Assembly (NCBI RefSeq): GCF_009914755.1
Contig: NC_060930.1
Direction: 5' to 3' (one strand)
Length of the DNA: 64,000 nt
From: the human T2T-CHM13v2.0 reference genome, Homo sapiens
The notes under the pieces are model-generated. The model had not been told where the DNA came from. It was given only the letters and a program-made list of their open reading frames with translations, and ran no database searches. Shown here piece after piece: positions 37,351-50,419 of this stretch (its first letter is position 1; every line of letters begins with the position of its first letter). Position numbers and translations under genes: made by a program.

Positions 37351-38197
37351 GCCATGCATGGCATGCCGGGGTTAAGTGGCAGGTCTGTACGGGCACTGAC
37401 AGAACCCATTATATGGGAATAGTGATGAGGAAGAATTTGTCTCACAGAATAAATTTGAACATGGAAAAAAGTAAAACTGCATTCTGATCGAAGCTAACGA
37501 GCCTCATCCATGCAGTAACCATTTCAGTCACAATTACTTATCCTTAATTTACCTAATGTTGTAAGTTTCTATTCTTTAAAATCAAAGAAGATTGTCTGGA
37601 CCAAAATTGGAATATTACATAAGGATCATTCTATCTCCAGCAAATGGGTCTAGGGAAATCAGAAGATATTCTGTGCATATTGGTGCCACAAGTAAAAAGA
37701 TGAATATAGATTAGAGTCACCTCCTATTGTCAAGCTCACTGTTTCTATAATCATAGTAATGAACTTGATATCTCAAAACTGATTTTTTTAATTAGGAGAA
37801 GGACTAATCTAAGATTCATATGTTTGCCTTACAGATTTCATATTTGTAAGCAATGAAAGAAGCAAAATATTTCAGAGATTATGATATGCTATCCTTCCAC
37901 ATCAAATTCACATTCCACAAATTTCAAGTTCCTATGAACATTGAATGATAGGATTCAATTGAGCCACTCTCTTGGGTAAAACCCCTATCTTCTAAAATTC
38001 ACTCAGAGAGGTCATATTCTGGCTTAAATTTCAAAACATGTGGCATTTGCTATTTTTCCCTAGTCTAGAAAAGAGAGCTCCTCGAGGTTAACAAATATTT
38101 ATAAAGTGTTTTATCTGTTAAGATATTCTGCCTTAAACTAGGTACTGGGCTCCCCTGATAGAGACTTGTCATGATGTCCAGTGCCCCAACAGAAACA

Positions 38198-38226
38198 TGT
38201 TTGTTTGTTTGTTTGTTTGTTTGTTT
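38198..38226. repeat. (TGTT)7 tetranucleotide repeat
   Basis: Read directly. Confidence 0.9.
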
Positions 38227-39929
38227 CATTTTACCATGAAAAGCCAGGCTACTCACAATTCCCAAGCCACAATAATGTGTTATGAGAAGATAAATGAGAG
38301 TGATGAGAGACCCTGTATTTCGTCTTGGTTGCTAACACTATTGCAGGTGCTTTGTTGAACAAAGCTCTTAAGACAAAGCCATAGCACCAGTAGCAAGCAC
38401 AAGAGTCTGATACAAAGGTCAGGAATGGTCTGACTGTGGAACGCAGGCCAGAGAGTGATTATTTTAGGCAGGAGGGCTCCTGCTACAGTTTCTTTTCACA
38501 CTTTTATACAAACACTGGTGAGGGTACCAGAGCTTACATAGACAGTCTGAGTTTGAGATAAAAGTCATCCTGTTAAGAATATTTGGGCTCCAGCCTGGAT
38601 CACAGAGAGTCCTCAGAGTGGCAAAAGAGGATCACACACAAATCTTAATTGGATGACCCGACTGAAGAAGAAGAAATCCAGAGTTCTAAGAGCTCAGAGA
38701 AATAAGAAGGAAAAAGACCAAGGAGGCATTGAAATATGAAGGTAAAATCAATACAGAATTGCCTAGGAAATCAATAAGAAGGATAAAGGACATGCAGAGG
38801 ATGTGAAATATGTGTTCTGTCTCCTGTACAAGTGAGAAATCAGGCAGCATGTTTTGAACATGCTGCAATCCTGTAATTAAAGCTCAAGGGAGAACTGCAA
38901 AAGGGAATCTTAATAATCAAGTGAAAAGATGTCCTGGTAATAAGTGACTCCTTGTCAGGAAAACAGTTTCATAGGCAAATCTGAAGTTAAGTATGAAGTC
39001 ATGTACATAATCAGAAAATAGATTGATAATTGTGTCAGTGTGTTTATGGTAGAGACTGGAGTTTCATTTTAGAACCGTAACTGAGTAGCAGCATCCATCT
39101 TTCAACAGGCCAAAGTTACTAGTTCATACCATTACTACAATCCTGATAATCACAGCCTTGTCTCAAGGTATGCTTCAAAGTAACAGATTATCCCCTCTCA
39201 AATGCCCAGGTTTTCTGTCAAAGGACAGAAAGTCCCCAAGAATCAGTCTCATAGTTAGATGCATTTATGAAAAGCTAAAGATAGGTGTTTATACTTTCAC
39301 ATAGCAGATACGAATAAAGCAATTAGAAGAAAAGCTTGGAAAAACCCTCAAAAAACAAACAAAATATCTTGGTGCTATGGAAGGAAAATACATATGATAA
39401 TTCAAAATAGTAATACCAAGAATCATGTTTGATCATGTGAGAAGAATATTGGGAGACCATTTGCTTAAGAAATGTTATAGTATTTTTATTATTCTTTCCT
39501 CACCTAAGCAGAGGTGAAGTATTTTACAAGTCCAAGGGAGATCATACATACCATAATCTTTGTGAAAGTCATTTTATCTCAAATTGTTCCCAGAGGTTTG
39601 TTTCACAAAGCCTACAATATAAGAAAGGTTCCATTCCAGGATTTGTTCAATATGTACACTTAATTATAATTAAGTTGTTTTGAACATAGGACTATGAAAA
39701 ATATAACAAGTTTTCTCATTTTTAAAAATAAAACAATCAGAACTTGTAGATTGAAATGATACTTCTCTCCTTCAGAGGTCTTTCAAAGGCAATTCATAAT
39801 TTTTTAAAAAATGCTACTGCTATTCCTGTTATTTTTGCATATCCTCAAATTGCCAGTATTTTCCAAAGGGGATATTTTTAAAGCTGATGACAAGCAAGAA
39901 TTATCTGAGCAAAATTTTTATGTGTTGTA

Positions 39930-41800
39930 GATTCTAGAAAATGGCAGCAGAGGCATAACCTATGTAACTCAACCAATTCTCATGTAAAAACAGAGAACTA
40001 ATTAACAAAGTCCAAAACACACAACAGGATTTACAACAAAACAAAGGTAACAAAATATCTCCAAATGTGCCAAAGACACAAGTGCAGAGGAGAGAAAGTA
40101 TGAGCAGCCACAAGACTTTTATGATATCAGTGTCTGTGCTGAAGGAAGCACAGAAGGAACAGGCATCTGAGGATGCTAGAAAAGGAGAATCCTAAAGTAG
40201 ACAATAGATATTTCCTGGATAATATGGAGGGCTACTGTGGAGATGTAGTCTGAAACTGAAGGAGGTTTTTGTTTTCTCCAATAGTGGTTGAATGCAAGGG
40301 GACCCATGGTAGGAAGGTCTGAAGGTGGCTGGTGCAATGTGGCCACTGTGAGCTTTAGATGTAAAGTAGCCAAAACAAAGTTCTGAATGGAAAAGCAACT
40401 GCTGAGTGTCATCAAAATTGACTGGATCAATAACGATTAAAGAAAGAGAAGGTGCGCATGAGTGTGGGGAAGATAAACAACCAGAATACATCAAAGAGCA
40501 CTGGGCCATAATTTTGAGCATTACCTAAAAACAACAGAAAAGAAGCTCTGTGAGGTTAACAAAGATTACCTGAAACCCGTTTTCTTCTAGTTTTCTAATT
40601 TCAATAAAATAATGATAATAAAAGTGAGCAGCAAGAAAGCATTAAGATCAAATGCATTTCCTAGCTATAAGATATAAAAAATAACATTAAAAAGCAGAAT
40701 AGCATTCCTATAAATGATACGAGCACATCAGAAATACATGTCTATAAATACTTAGAAGACATTCAATAATATGGTGATCAAACTTAGGAAAAATTAGAAA
40801 TTAAAAAAAAATTCCAAAATAATGACTAAATTAGAAAGATAACAAATGTGGTTAAACCTAACAGGTAATGCCTAAAGGAAATACAATAGGAAAATAAGAA
40901 AAATTTTCAAATAATAAAATAAACACATTTTGGAAAAAATGACACATATTAAACACAGGCAAATAATATCCAACATATAGGAAGTGGGAATTCCTGAAAA
41001 AGAAAATCAAGCACAGAAAGAACCAATGCTAGAACATAAAATCTAAGAACAGTTTGCCGAAGAAAACAAACAAAATGGAAAAGAAAGAAACCTCATATTG
41101 AAGAGAACACTACACTGCAAAAAATGCCATGCTAAAGTGATCAACAATGAGACCCATTCTAATAAAATTGTTGCATTTTAAAGAAAGGAGATAAATTCCT
41201 TTGGATATCTTTATACCAAAAAGAAGAATAGTACAAATAAAGGGAACAAAAAAATAGATTATCATCAGGTCTTTGTGGGGCTGTGGTGCTTTAGGCAACA
41301 TATATATATATATATATATATATTATGCATATATATATGCAGTAATATATTTGAGTTACTAAAGGAAAGGAAATGCAACAAGAATTTTACATCTAACAAA
41401 TCTGTCCTTGAAGCATAAAGGGCACAAACTGCTATCTATATGTAAGGATTCAATGAATGAGATTCATGTTCCTCAGGCTGTACTAGAAAACAAGTGTTAG
41501 ACAAACAACAGAACTAGAGAGACACTGATAGAAGGACTGGGGTTAGCATTCAATATGTAGCTACTTACAAAATGAGACCAAATGAAGGTTTAGAAATTGG
41601 AGAGAATATTATGTCATCACCATATGCTCTGATAAAGAAGAAATGGTACAAAAGTAAACATGAGGAGAGCAGGGAAGGGAGGGCATTAGTAAAAAATGTA
41701 CAAAACTCTTTTTGGCAATTGTGTGGAAGATGATAGTATTACTATAATTATTCTTAGGTTGTTCCATACATAATGTGAAATAAAGAAAATTAGTAATTAT
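39930..41800 (+). mobile_element. Ancient HAL1/L1M-like 5' region and ORF1 relic
   Basis: Hand-translated ORF1 motifs: KHRQIISNI*EVGIPEKENQ (40951-41010), STMRPILIKLLHFK (from 41141) and RILHLTNLSLKHKG (41381-41422). These correspond to L1 ORF1p R-x-N-I-R-I-I-G-V-P-E, T-P-R-H-I-x-V-K and P-R-I-L-Y-P-A-K-L-S-F. Confidence 0.75.
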
Positions 41801-41809
41801 GGAATATTC

Positions 41810-43230
41810 TATCATCACCTGTGTCTTTGAAAACCAGGATTCCTTATATGAAATAAAAGATATAATATGGATTCTGAATTTTAATTGAAAATATCAATAT
41901 GAATGTATGACATATTTTATCTTTAAACACCTCACAATTCTTTTCATTGGAAAGGCCTAGAAATAATCATCCATCCAATTATGCAGAGGGCATTGAGCAT
42001 TACTCATAGCTAGATAGTGGTCTCAAAATACTTTTTCCCACCAAGATAAATTAGAGTTTCTAGACAAATAACTGATTCCAGATTTTACATGGGAAATATA
42101 TAAGATCTGACATACCAGATAGCAAGGAATCCCTTGAAGACTATTATGACACGTTGAAAGAACTCAAGAGCCAACTTGAAAAGGCTTCCATTGCTCAAAT
42201 GTGGGTCAATTTAAACTTCAACAAGAATACTCATTGCAATAAATTGCAATCTATAAGGTATGTTTATATCCATGAATGCAAAATGTTATTATTTTTAAGA
42301 ATAGTCACCTTCAGAAGTTGATTCAGAGATCAATTTGTTTTCTTGAGAATTTGTAAATCAAGTTAAGGAATCAAGCATTTTTCTTGTCTTTCCAATAGGA
42401 ATTGAAACACTGGGTAACCAAACAATAATTTAAGGGAAGAATGTCTTTAATAAAGAGTTCTAGCCTAATAAGTGAAAATGAAAATAAAAGATATGACAAA
42501 ATATCACAATTGTGCAGCCCTCAGTGATTAATAGCTATAGGCAATAAACTGATGAAGAGCTGAAACATTACATAAAGAGAGAAAACCAGGCAATATATGC
42601 CTCCTGATAATACACTACATGTATGGTCTTGCCAAAGGGATCAAACCTGAATTTGATCAAACCTCTAGACTCCAATCTGCAGAAAATACAGAAGATAAGA
42701 CAGATATGCTGATTTTCACCATTAAGTGTTGACAACTGGCAAAATGTAGAGTATGGGAAACTACCTATCAGACGGCCGATGTTGTATGATGGATAAATTG
42801 TAATAAAAATAGAGGGATAAGGGGAAAATCCATAGAATTCAAAAAGACTGAAAAGACATATTGGATTTCAGAATGAGTAAGAATAAGCTATAGTTCAAGA
42901 GCTAGCATCAAAGTATGCACATTTTCAGGATAAATATAAAGAGACACAAGAAATGAATCTAGGAAAGTCAGGAAAATAGTTTAATTTAGGGAAGGACTAG
43001 GTTCTAATTATCATTGGAAGTGCAAATAGGCTTTTGGAGTAGCTGGAAAAGTATTACTTCTTGATCCGAGTGTTCGTTGCAAGAGTGCATATCTTAAAAT
43101 AGGTTATACATAAGATGCATGTTTTTATTATATAATACATATTGTATCTATAATATATAATAATTAGCTACAGAATAGTCAGTGTAATTTTCTGTGTCTG
43201 TATGTATTTTATGATAAAAATATTTTTAAG
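41810..43230 (+). mobile_element. L1MC4/L1MC5-like 3' UTR
   Basis: gtgtctttgaaaaccaggattc, aaaggcctagaaataat, aactgattccag...cataccagatagcaaggaa, gccaaagggatcaaacctgaatttgatcaaacctctaga match remembered L1MC 3' consensus. Confidence 0.75.
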
Positions 43231-44242
43231 TGTTACCTGTTAAAGGGGGTTTAAATAAAGTCGTGTTAAATGTTTTGAGGTTTAAAGTAGGTATAATAAA
43301 GTAATAACCCTGATATTTTGCGTAACTCACTACCTGAGTGAAACAATTTCAAAAGAGTTCTACAAATGTTTGAGTAATGCTACCATTGTTCAAATAAAGG
43401 TATACCTTAAGTATATCTTAATATACTTTCAGCATATATAATATATTGTAAGCATAATCTTATATATGCTTATGTATACTTAATATACCCTAGTAGTGAT
43501 TTTTAAGATAAAAGCTTTCGTTTAAGTGAATAATTTCCAGTACATTTTAAATTTCATTGTACTTGAATTACTTATGTATACATTTGTGATTGCGGGGATA
43601 TCAAGTTGGTGAGGAATTGTGCAATATCACTCATCCACTTCCTTTACTCAGAGTAGAATTATACGGAAATTTTTTCAAAGCAGTAATTTGATTTTTTTCT
43701 TTCCCTTTCCTCATCTCCCTCATCTTTCTTTTTCCTGAGTCATCTCTTCTTCCTTTATACTCTATTAAAGTACCAGGAAGCTAAGAAAGTTAAAGCTTTA
43801 CAGACTCTACTTGCACAATCCACTCCCAAGCCTTGAGTTTCTTTTTCATTCTGAGAAATTTGTTTATACTGGCATGTTTTTGTAAAGTTTGAAAAAGTGA
43901 GAGATTTTGACCACAATTGGTCAAGATTATCTTTCCCCTTGGTCAAATATTCTTCAATATCTTGTATTGAGTAGCTATAGCCATTTTTAGGATTCAGCCA
44001 CAAGGAAACAGTTTAGGAATACTGCAGGTTAGATTAATGGGGCATATTTATTGGTTTACAGTTTCCTCCCTGGCTAGGTAAGTTATTGCTCCATGCCCTG
44101 GTAAGGAATAGCTTCTACCAGAAAAATGGTACCAGGAGTACCAGGAGTACTCCACTGTTCTGATTCCTCACAGTACTGTGAAGAGGCAGGCCTCGAAGTC
44201 ACATTACTCTATGAATTTTCTTATAGCAATAAGCACTAAAAG

Positions 44243-44395
44243 TATATAGTGTGTAGGTGTGTGTGTATATATATGTATGTGTATATATATATATGTATGT
44301 GTGTATATATATACACACACACAAATGTGTACATGTGTATATACAGTATATATACGTGTGTGCATATGTATATATGTGTACTATATAGTATATAG
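44243..44395. repeat. Compound (TA)/(TG)/(CA) alternating purine-pyrimidine repeat
   Basis: Read directly. Confidence 0.9.
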
Positions 44396-44429
44396 TGAAG
44401 GAGAAACACATTATGAGTAGAGACTTCAG

Positions 44430-44712
44430 TTCTCATTCATGCCTAGTCAAAATAAGAGAAATATTCTCAGTAATGCAGACATGGAATTATATATTCAACT
44501 TATTTCCTTTCATGAGAATCATACAAAATTTAATTTGTCAGAATTCCTGTATTCATGTATGTGGTATTAGTTTTCTAAAAAATATAGTCTGTTATGATTT
44601 TCTCACTAAATGTTTTTTATATCCAATTTGTATTCCAGATTTAATATTTTACCCCTTAAAACAGATTCCAAAATTGCTAGATTCAGGTCCCACGAAGCCT
44701 AGGTCTGCCCCT
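44430..44712 (-). mobile_element. hAT-Tip100 (Zaphod/MER115-like) terminal fragment
   Basis: Ends ttcaggtcccacgaagcctaggtctgcccct, similar to the reverse complement of the remembered terminus caggggcggatccaggttttgtggggcctgaa. Confidence 0.5.
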
Positions 44713-45084
44713 CTACTCACTAGACATCAACTGGTAAATGGAAGGCATGTTAATTTTCTGTACTTACTTTATTCTTTATTGTTAATGAACAGAGGTTAAA
44801 AGGATAAATAGAGCTTTTTTTTTTTTTGAATGACCTATGTTACTGCCTTTCCAGTCCTTCACTGGAATTCTACAGGCAATTATGTTCTACAGGCAAATAT
44901 GTTCACATTCAGGCCAAGACTGACTTAACTTTTGCAAAGAAAGATTGGTTCCTTGATTACAAAGAATGTCATCTTTAAGTTGAAAAGGGCCATTGCCTGG
45001 AGTTCAGAAGTTTCTGCTCTACAGAAAAAAAAAAAGACAATGTTGGTTCATACAAACATGATCAGAGTTTGATAGAGAGAATCA

Positions 45085-45385
45085 TTTTTAGGGGTTTTTT
45101 CATACCCAGTGCTATTCAATTCTCTCAAAAGTCTTGCGTGGTAGGTACCATTGTGCACACCTTTTAGATGAGAAAACAAGCTCTAGGAGGTTGTGCATCT
45201 GCTACAAATTAGTGGCAAAGTCCATGTTTGAACCCAGGTTATCCTGACACCAAAGTCTGTGTGTTATTCTATGCTTCTGTAACTAATTGGCCAGTCATTT
45301 AACTCTCTGGCCTCAGTTTCCTAATCCGGACAAATCAGATATTTGCCTAGAGAATCTTGCAACTCCTGGTATCTGTGATTCTATG
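45085..45385. mobile_element. MIR fragments (- then +)
   Basis: ggtaggtaccattg...tagatgagaaaacaagctctag...tttgaacccagg; then atttaactctctggcctcagtttcctaatc...tgtgattctatga. Confidence 0.75.
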
Positions 45386-46929
45386 AAACCAAGTTAAGCA
45401 AACTTTATAATATCCATTGTTAGCTGATTCCCATGTCATATAACAGAAAATTCATCTCGATTTCCTTGTGCCTAATCTAAATTTGGTGATAATTAAAAAT
45501 CCATCTCCTCTCGATCTGTCCTTTGCAGAGGTGTGGAACAGCTAGTTTGTCACAATCTTGCATAATACTTTTCTGTTACGATGAGAGGAGCAAAAGCAGT
45601 AGGGAAGGATGAGGGAAGCTCTTGAAGGAAATGTCTGGTAAGGAATGTGGACATGCTAAGGCTTCATCTCATATAAAATATTTAAGTAGGAGACTTGACC
45701 TCAACAAGCAATAGGAAAAAAATCCACAAAGATTTATTTTCCTCGCCTCGCCCGATGAATGTTTAAATGACATCTAGAGAGATGTAGGTAATATATAAGT
45801 AATAAGTTTGTAACTAGTACATTTACAAGGCATGTGGAAAGAATATAGGTTTCTCCCTTTATCTGTGAAAAATCAGAAAATGTTTTTGCCTATCTGGAAA
45901 TAAGGATCTGGACCAGACTGCCACTGAGGTTTGGGGGTGGCGTGGGGGCTTCCGCCATAGGGAGCTCTGGCCCTGTGATGTTTTAGTGGGCTATGGAGCG
46001 CTTTCGGGCTGCAGCTTCAGCTCTGCTGTTGTCATTATCACATCTGTTTCCGACTCTGTCTCTTCTGCCTTGTGGTGGGCTCTGCAACTGCTCTCGCTGC
46101 AGTTCCTTTGTTAGAGATTTGCCCTCTTGACACCTCTGAATGAAGAAGTTGCAGTACAAAAAGAAGATTGGTGACAGACCCTGCGATTGCATTCCCTGTA
46201 GTAGGTCTTGAAACCTTATCTACATGTCATCTGGCTAATCAGAGGTCCGTGGTGAGATCTGTCAGAGATTTCTGTTTTAAAAAAGAAATTCAGACACTGT
46301 TGACAGGAGAATTGGAATGCTTTTGCCAGTCCTGTACCAGCACTGTCTATTATTATGCGAGTGCAAGCCTGAGGCTGTGGTGACAGAGGAACCTCAGGGT
46401 GGCCTCCTAAGGACATCAGCACAGGTGGGCAGAGCCCCTCCCCTCCCTCCACAACAACAGAAGCCAAACAAAGATGAACCCCTCACCAACGGCAAAAAGC
46501 AGAGGAGAGGTAAAAATAGAACAGCTGAACATCACTCTAAACTAGTTTGTAAGAGAATATAATGTTACTCATGAATTACACAATCAGTGAGACAGACAGT
46601 GTCAAATGGGGTAACTACATCTTCCAAAAGTGTTGGAAATTCATACATGTAACCAAACCAATACAATTCCCAAGCAGAAAATGCCCCTTTTACTTATGGA
46701 ATTTGCAAAACCATGGAAATTAAATAATTTACACCTACAATTCTTGGCCCTTAAAAAGCAACTCGATTCTTTGGAAATGCTTTGTTCTTTTTCTATTAAT
46801 AAAATACAAATTGTAATGGCCTTGGAGTCAAACTTTATAAGAGATGAGAATCTAGAAATTTATTAAACTCGTTGCCAAATCACTCCATGATTCTAAATAA
46901 TTAATCATTGAAGTTACACAAGAGGAAGT

Positions 46930-47170
46930 AAATCTCAGTAGTTAAGACCACAGGCTTCAAGGCTGAATTGTTTGAGTTCAGATCCTGGCTCACAAGTTTT
47001 TGTCAACTTAAACAAGCTGCTTAGTTTCTTTCTATATCTCTTTCCTCATCAATAAAAGTGAAACAAGGATAATAATTTATCAAAATCATAGATTTATTAA
47101 GGGGATTAGAAGCATCAACACAAAGTGACACATAAGTGTTTCATACATGCTGCAGCTATTGCTGTTTGTA
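46930..47170 (+). mobile_element. MIR SINE
   Basis: agtagttaagaccacaggcttc...tgagttcagatcctggctc...tttcctcatcaataaaagtg. Confidence 0.75.
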
Positions 47171-47189
47171 TTGTTATTGTAATCATATC

Positions 47190-47560
47190 AATCATGATAG
47201 GCTACATTAAGGTATGTAATAACTATCCCCAATATCTCGAGCATTTAAATAAGAAAGGTTCATTTCTCCCTCATGCTGTACTTCCATTCACAGAAGAGCT
47301 GTATTCATCAGAGTCATTCATGGATTCCGGCTGATAGAGCAACCACCGTCTTGGAACTTGATGGTTGATGTACCAAAGAAAAGAGAACTCTGAAGTGTCT
47401 TGAGTCAACATTTAAGTACCCCAGCTCATAAAAATGCACATTACTTTTGCTCATAATGCATTTTCCAGAAGCAAGACACTTGATCCTATTAAATCACAGG
47501 TTAACAAAGAATGAGAAAGAACTACATTATTGTTACCTGGTGGACAATATTAATGCATAG
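47190..47560 (-). mobile_element. Old MLT1 (J/K-like) LTR
   Basis: taataactatccccaatatctc...aaaggttcatttctccctcatgct...acattacttttgctcataatgcattttccagaagcaagacac. Confidence 0.55.
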
Positions 47561-49069
47561 CATTATTTTATTATTATTATTTTTATTAATAGTAGTAGTA
47601 ACATATTTCAAGACACAAATGGCCTACTTATTAAAGTTTAATATTCCTAACAAGAGAAAATTTTGAAAAAAGTCTATACGTATGCATTTTATTCTCATCA
47701 ACACAATATTTCATTGACGACCAAATAATTTCCATTGAGCATGTGTATATAATACACTACTTGCTTTCACATGGCTTTTCACATAATTCTAACAACCCTA
47801 GAAGATAAGCACTTTTAGCCCAATCTTACAGATGAAGAAGCAGTGGCTAGAGAAGTTACATAACTTGGAATCATCTCTACCTGATTCTGTGTGCAGAGTC
47901 TTTATGTTATGCCCCATTACACGTTAAAAAGGTTAATCTAGTACAAATAAGCAAAAAATGAGGCCCTGGAGTCCCTATAAGAATTCCACCTAGAGGTAGA
48001 CTGGCCTAAGAGAAAAGTAAGCTTTTACTCAGTGATTTTGTAAAATCTTAAACCACTTTTTTTGATTTTCTAGTAGTGGAAGCAGAAGTTTTGACTGGTT
48101 AGCAACACAGATATCTATTTAGCCTATTTTGGGATGATTACTCAATTTTAAGTTAAATAAAATACTTCATTCACATTATCCTGGTTTTCACACCCAAAGC
48201 AAAATTTGAACTTGGGTCCTTAGCCACAAAAGGAGAGTAAGGCATATTAAAAAATACTAGTCCGGTGTAGGTAGTTCCACTGGACATCAACCATCTTCAT
48301 CTGCTCCTCCAGATGGGACCTCTTTAGAAAATGTATGGGCTGGAGGGAATAATGGGATGGACTGGCAGAGCAGGGAACGCAGCAATTAAAGTACCATTCA
48401 GAAACAGTGATTTTAACAAAACTGATAAAAATGTGAGAGGGATTGGGAAACAGTACCTATCATTTTGTACTGGGCTAAAAAGGAATAGGAAAAGAAAGTG
48501 ATTATTCCTCAATTACAAGCCTCTCATGGATTGTTCAAGATAATTACTCAGCTAACTTTGGGAAACAACACATGAGGCAAAAATTATTATGCTTTAAGGA
48601 AACAGCAAGACCACCCCCTGGACTCTGCATTTCTGGATAGAAACCATTTTCAAACCGAGAGACATTCATTTATCTTCTTCCTAACTTATGTTTAGCCCTA
48701 GGAATATAATGTTTGACAACACAGGGTGTCAATGTATCAGCTTTGCACTAAGTAAGAGTGTCTCTCTAGGAAGTTAGTTATGGAGCTCACCAGGGAGAAT
48801 AATTGTATATTTTAACCTGTAATATCTCTTTCATTTTATCAATTTGATATAAATGTATTAGAAAGAAAAAAAAAGATGAAAGAATAAACAAATGCAAGAC
48901 TTCAATCTGGCATATATCTTTCTGGATGAGATTTACTCCTGCCTACCACTTCTAACTTCATTGCACCCAATTCTCTGCCTCACATGTAGATATTTGTAGT
49001 AACCCAAATGTACCCTAATTGATCATTCACATGTGAAAAATACAAGCAAATCATTGTATGATGCTTAGA

Positions 49070-49285
49070 CTTCTCCAGGTGCTTTATGCATATTATTTTA
49101 TTTTCATAATAATAACCCTTTGCAATAGGTAATATTATTACCCCTATTTTGCAGATGAGAAAACTGAGGGCAAGTGGTGGTACATAACTTGTTTGAAGTC
49201 ACACAGCTAGTAAGCAACAATCCAGAATTCAAACTGGGCGAATCTAGTTTCAGAGTCTATTCTCTTTATCTTACCTTATGCTTTT
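49070..49285 (-). mobile_element. MIR SINE
   Basis: aggtaatattattacccctattttgcagatgagaaaactgaggg...gtcacacagctagtaag...gaattcaaactggg. Confidence 0.9.
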
Positions 49286-49299
49286 AAATTTGATAACAT

Positions 49300-49650
49300 C
49301 TTTATCTGGAACACTTTCACGCTCTTACGTCTTGTCAGCTCATCATTCAAAACCTGAGTTAGATTTCACCTACTTAGGGAAATTGTCCTTGACCCTTCTC
49401 TGACCTTTGTTACCCTGCCATCCTTCACTAGACTAGGCATCAATCCTCTGTGCCTAGCAGCCTAGGCATAATGCTATTGCAGCAGGGACCACAGTGTGTG
49501 TGATTCCCTTTTTAATTCCTCACCTCCTCCACTAGGCTGTGAAACCTTATATGCTGTGTACATTTCTACAACCTTATTACCAAGCCTGGTGTATGGTACA
49601 CAATAGGTGTGAAGTAAATATTTGTTGAATTAATTAATATGATGAATAGA
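49300..49650 (+). mobile_element. LINE-2 3' end
   Basis: cctccactaggctgtga...gcctggtgtatggtacacaatagg...taaatatttgttgaattaattaat. Confidence 0.75.
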
Positions 49651-50419
49651 TTGAGGAAACATATATGGAGATTAGAGTTGCCTTTCACTTAAGTGGCCTG
49701 GTGATCTTTGAAATTCAGTTAAAATCAATTTGGGGTGCTTTTTAAATAAGCGCACCTCAGAACTTCAAGTACCATACACAAAAATCAAATAAAGAATTCT
49801 GTTGACACGCAGGTGCTTCTCAGAGGAAAGTGAGCACTGCCTATTTTTAACTACTCTACAGTGTTTCCAACCTTAATCCACAAAGTGTCAAATTTCTATG
49901 TCTCTTTCTCTAAAAGGACAGCTACTCCTGGGATCTAAAGAATGCTCTCTTTAGTTTTTACAGAAGGAAAGAATATCAACAAAACAAAAGCGGATGTTTG
50001 TGACTATATTACATTCCAGGAGAGGCCTTGAGAGACCTTTTTTTTTTCTTTTTTTCCAGATACAAGTGATTCAAATCTCAACATCCTTAAAGGAATTCTG
50101 ATTTCAAGTTTGAAATAAGAACCATCCTTTGTGTGGATTCAGATGACAGAAGTCGAGGTGATGGTTTTAGACTACATGACATTAAGTCAATAGCTTGTTT
50201 TGAAAACCATGCTGATGTCAATGGCTCCTTTATAGTAAGCAGGGGATCCAGTGTGAGTTGCTATAGAAGAGCCTGTTCTCTATGTGGCTGCTCCTGCAAT
50301 GTCTCCTTCAGAAGTTTCTTCCCTTTAGTTCCCTACTGGGAGTGGGAAAGCCACAGTGTCCAGTAGTCCCAGGCTGCAGGCTTCTTCCTGTTTTTATTAT
50401 GCATGTGTCTTTGGAAAAA

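Noticed and set aside
44199-44799. ORFs of 66-134 aa, including the longest in the track
   Set aside because: They derive from microsatellite and DNA-transposon remnant sequence and show no recognisable domain.
45948-45970. CTCF-like ccgccatagggagctc
   Set aside because: Several mismatches at high-information core positions.
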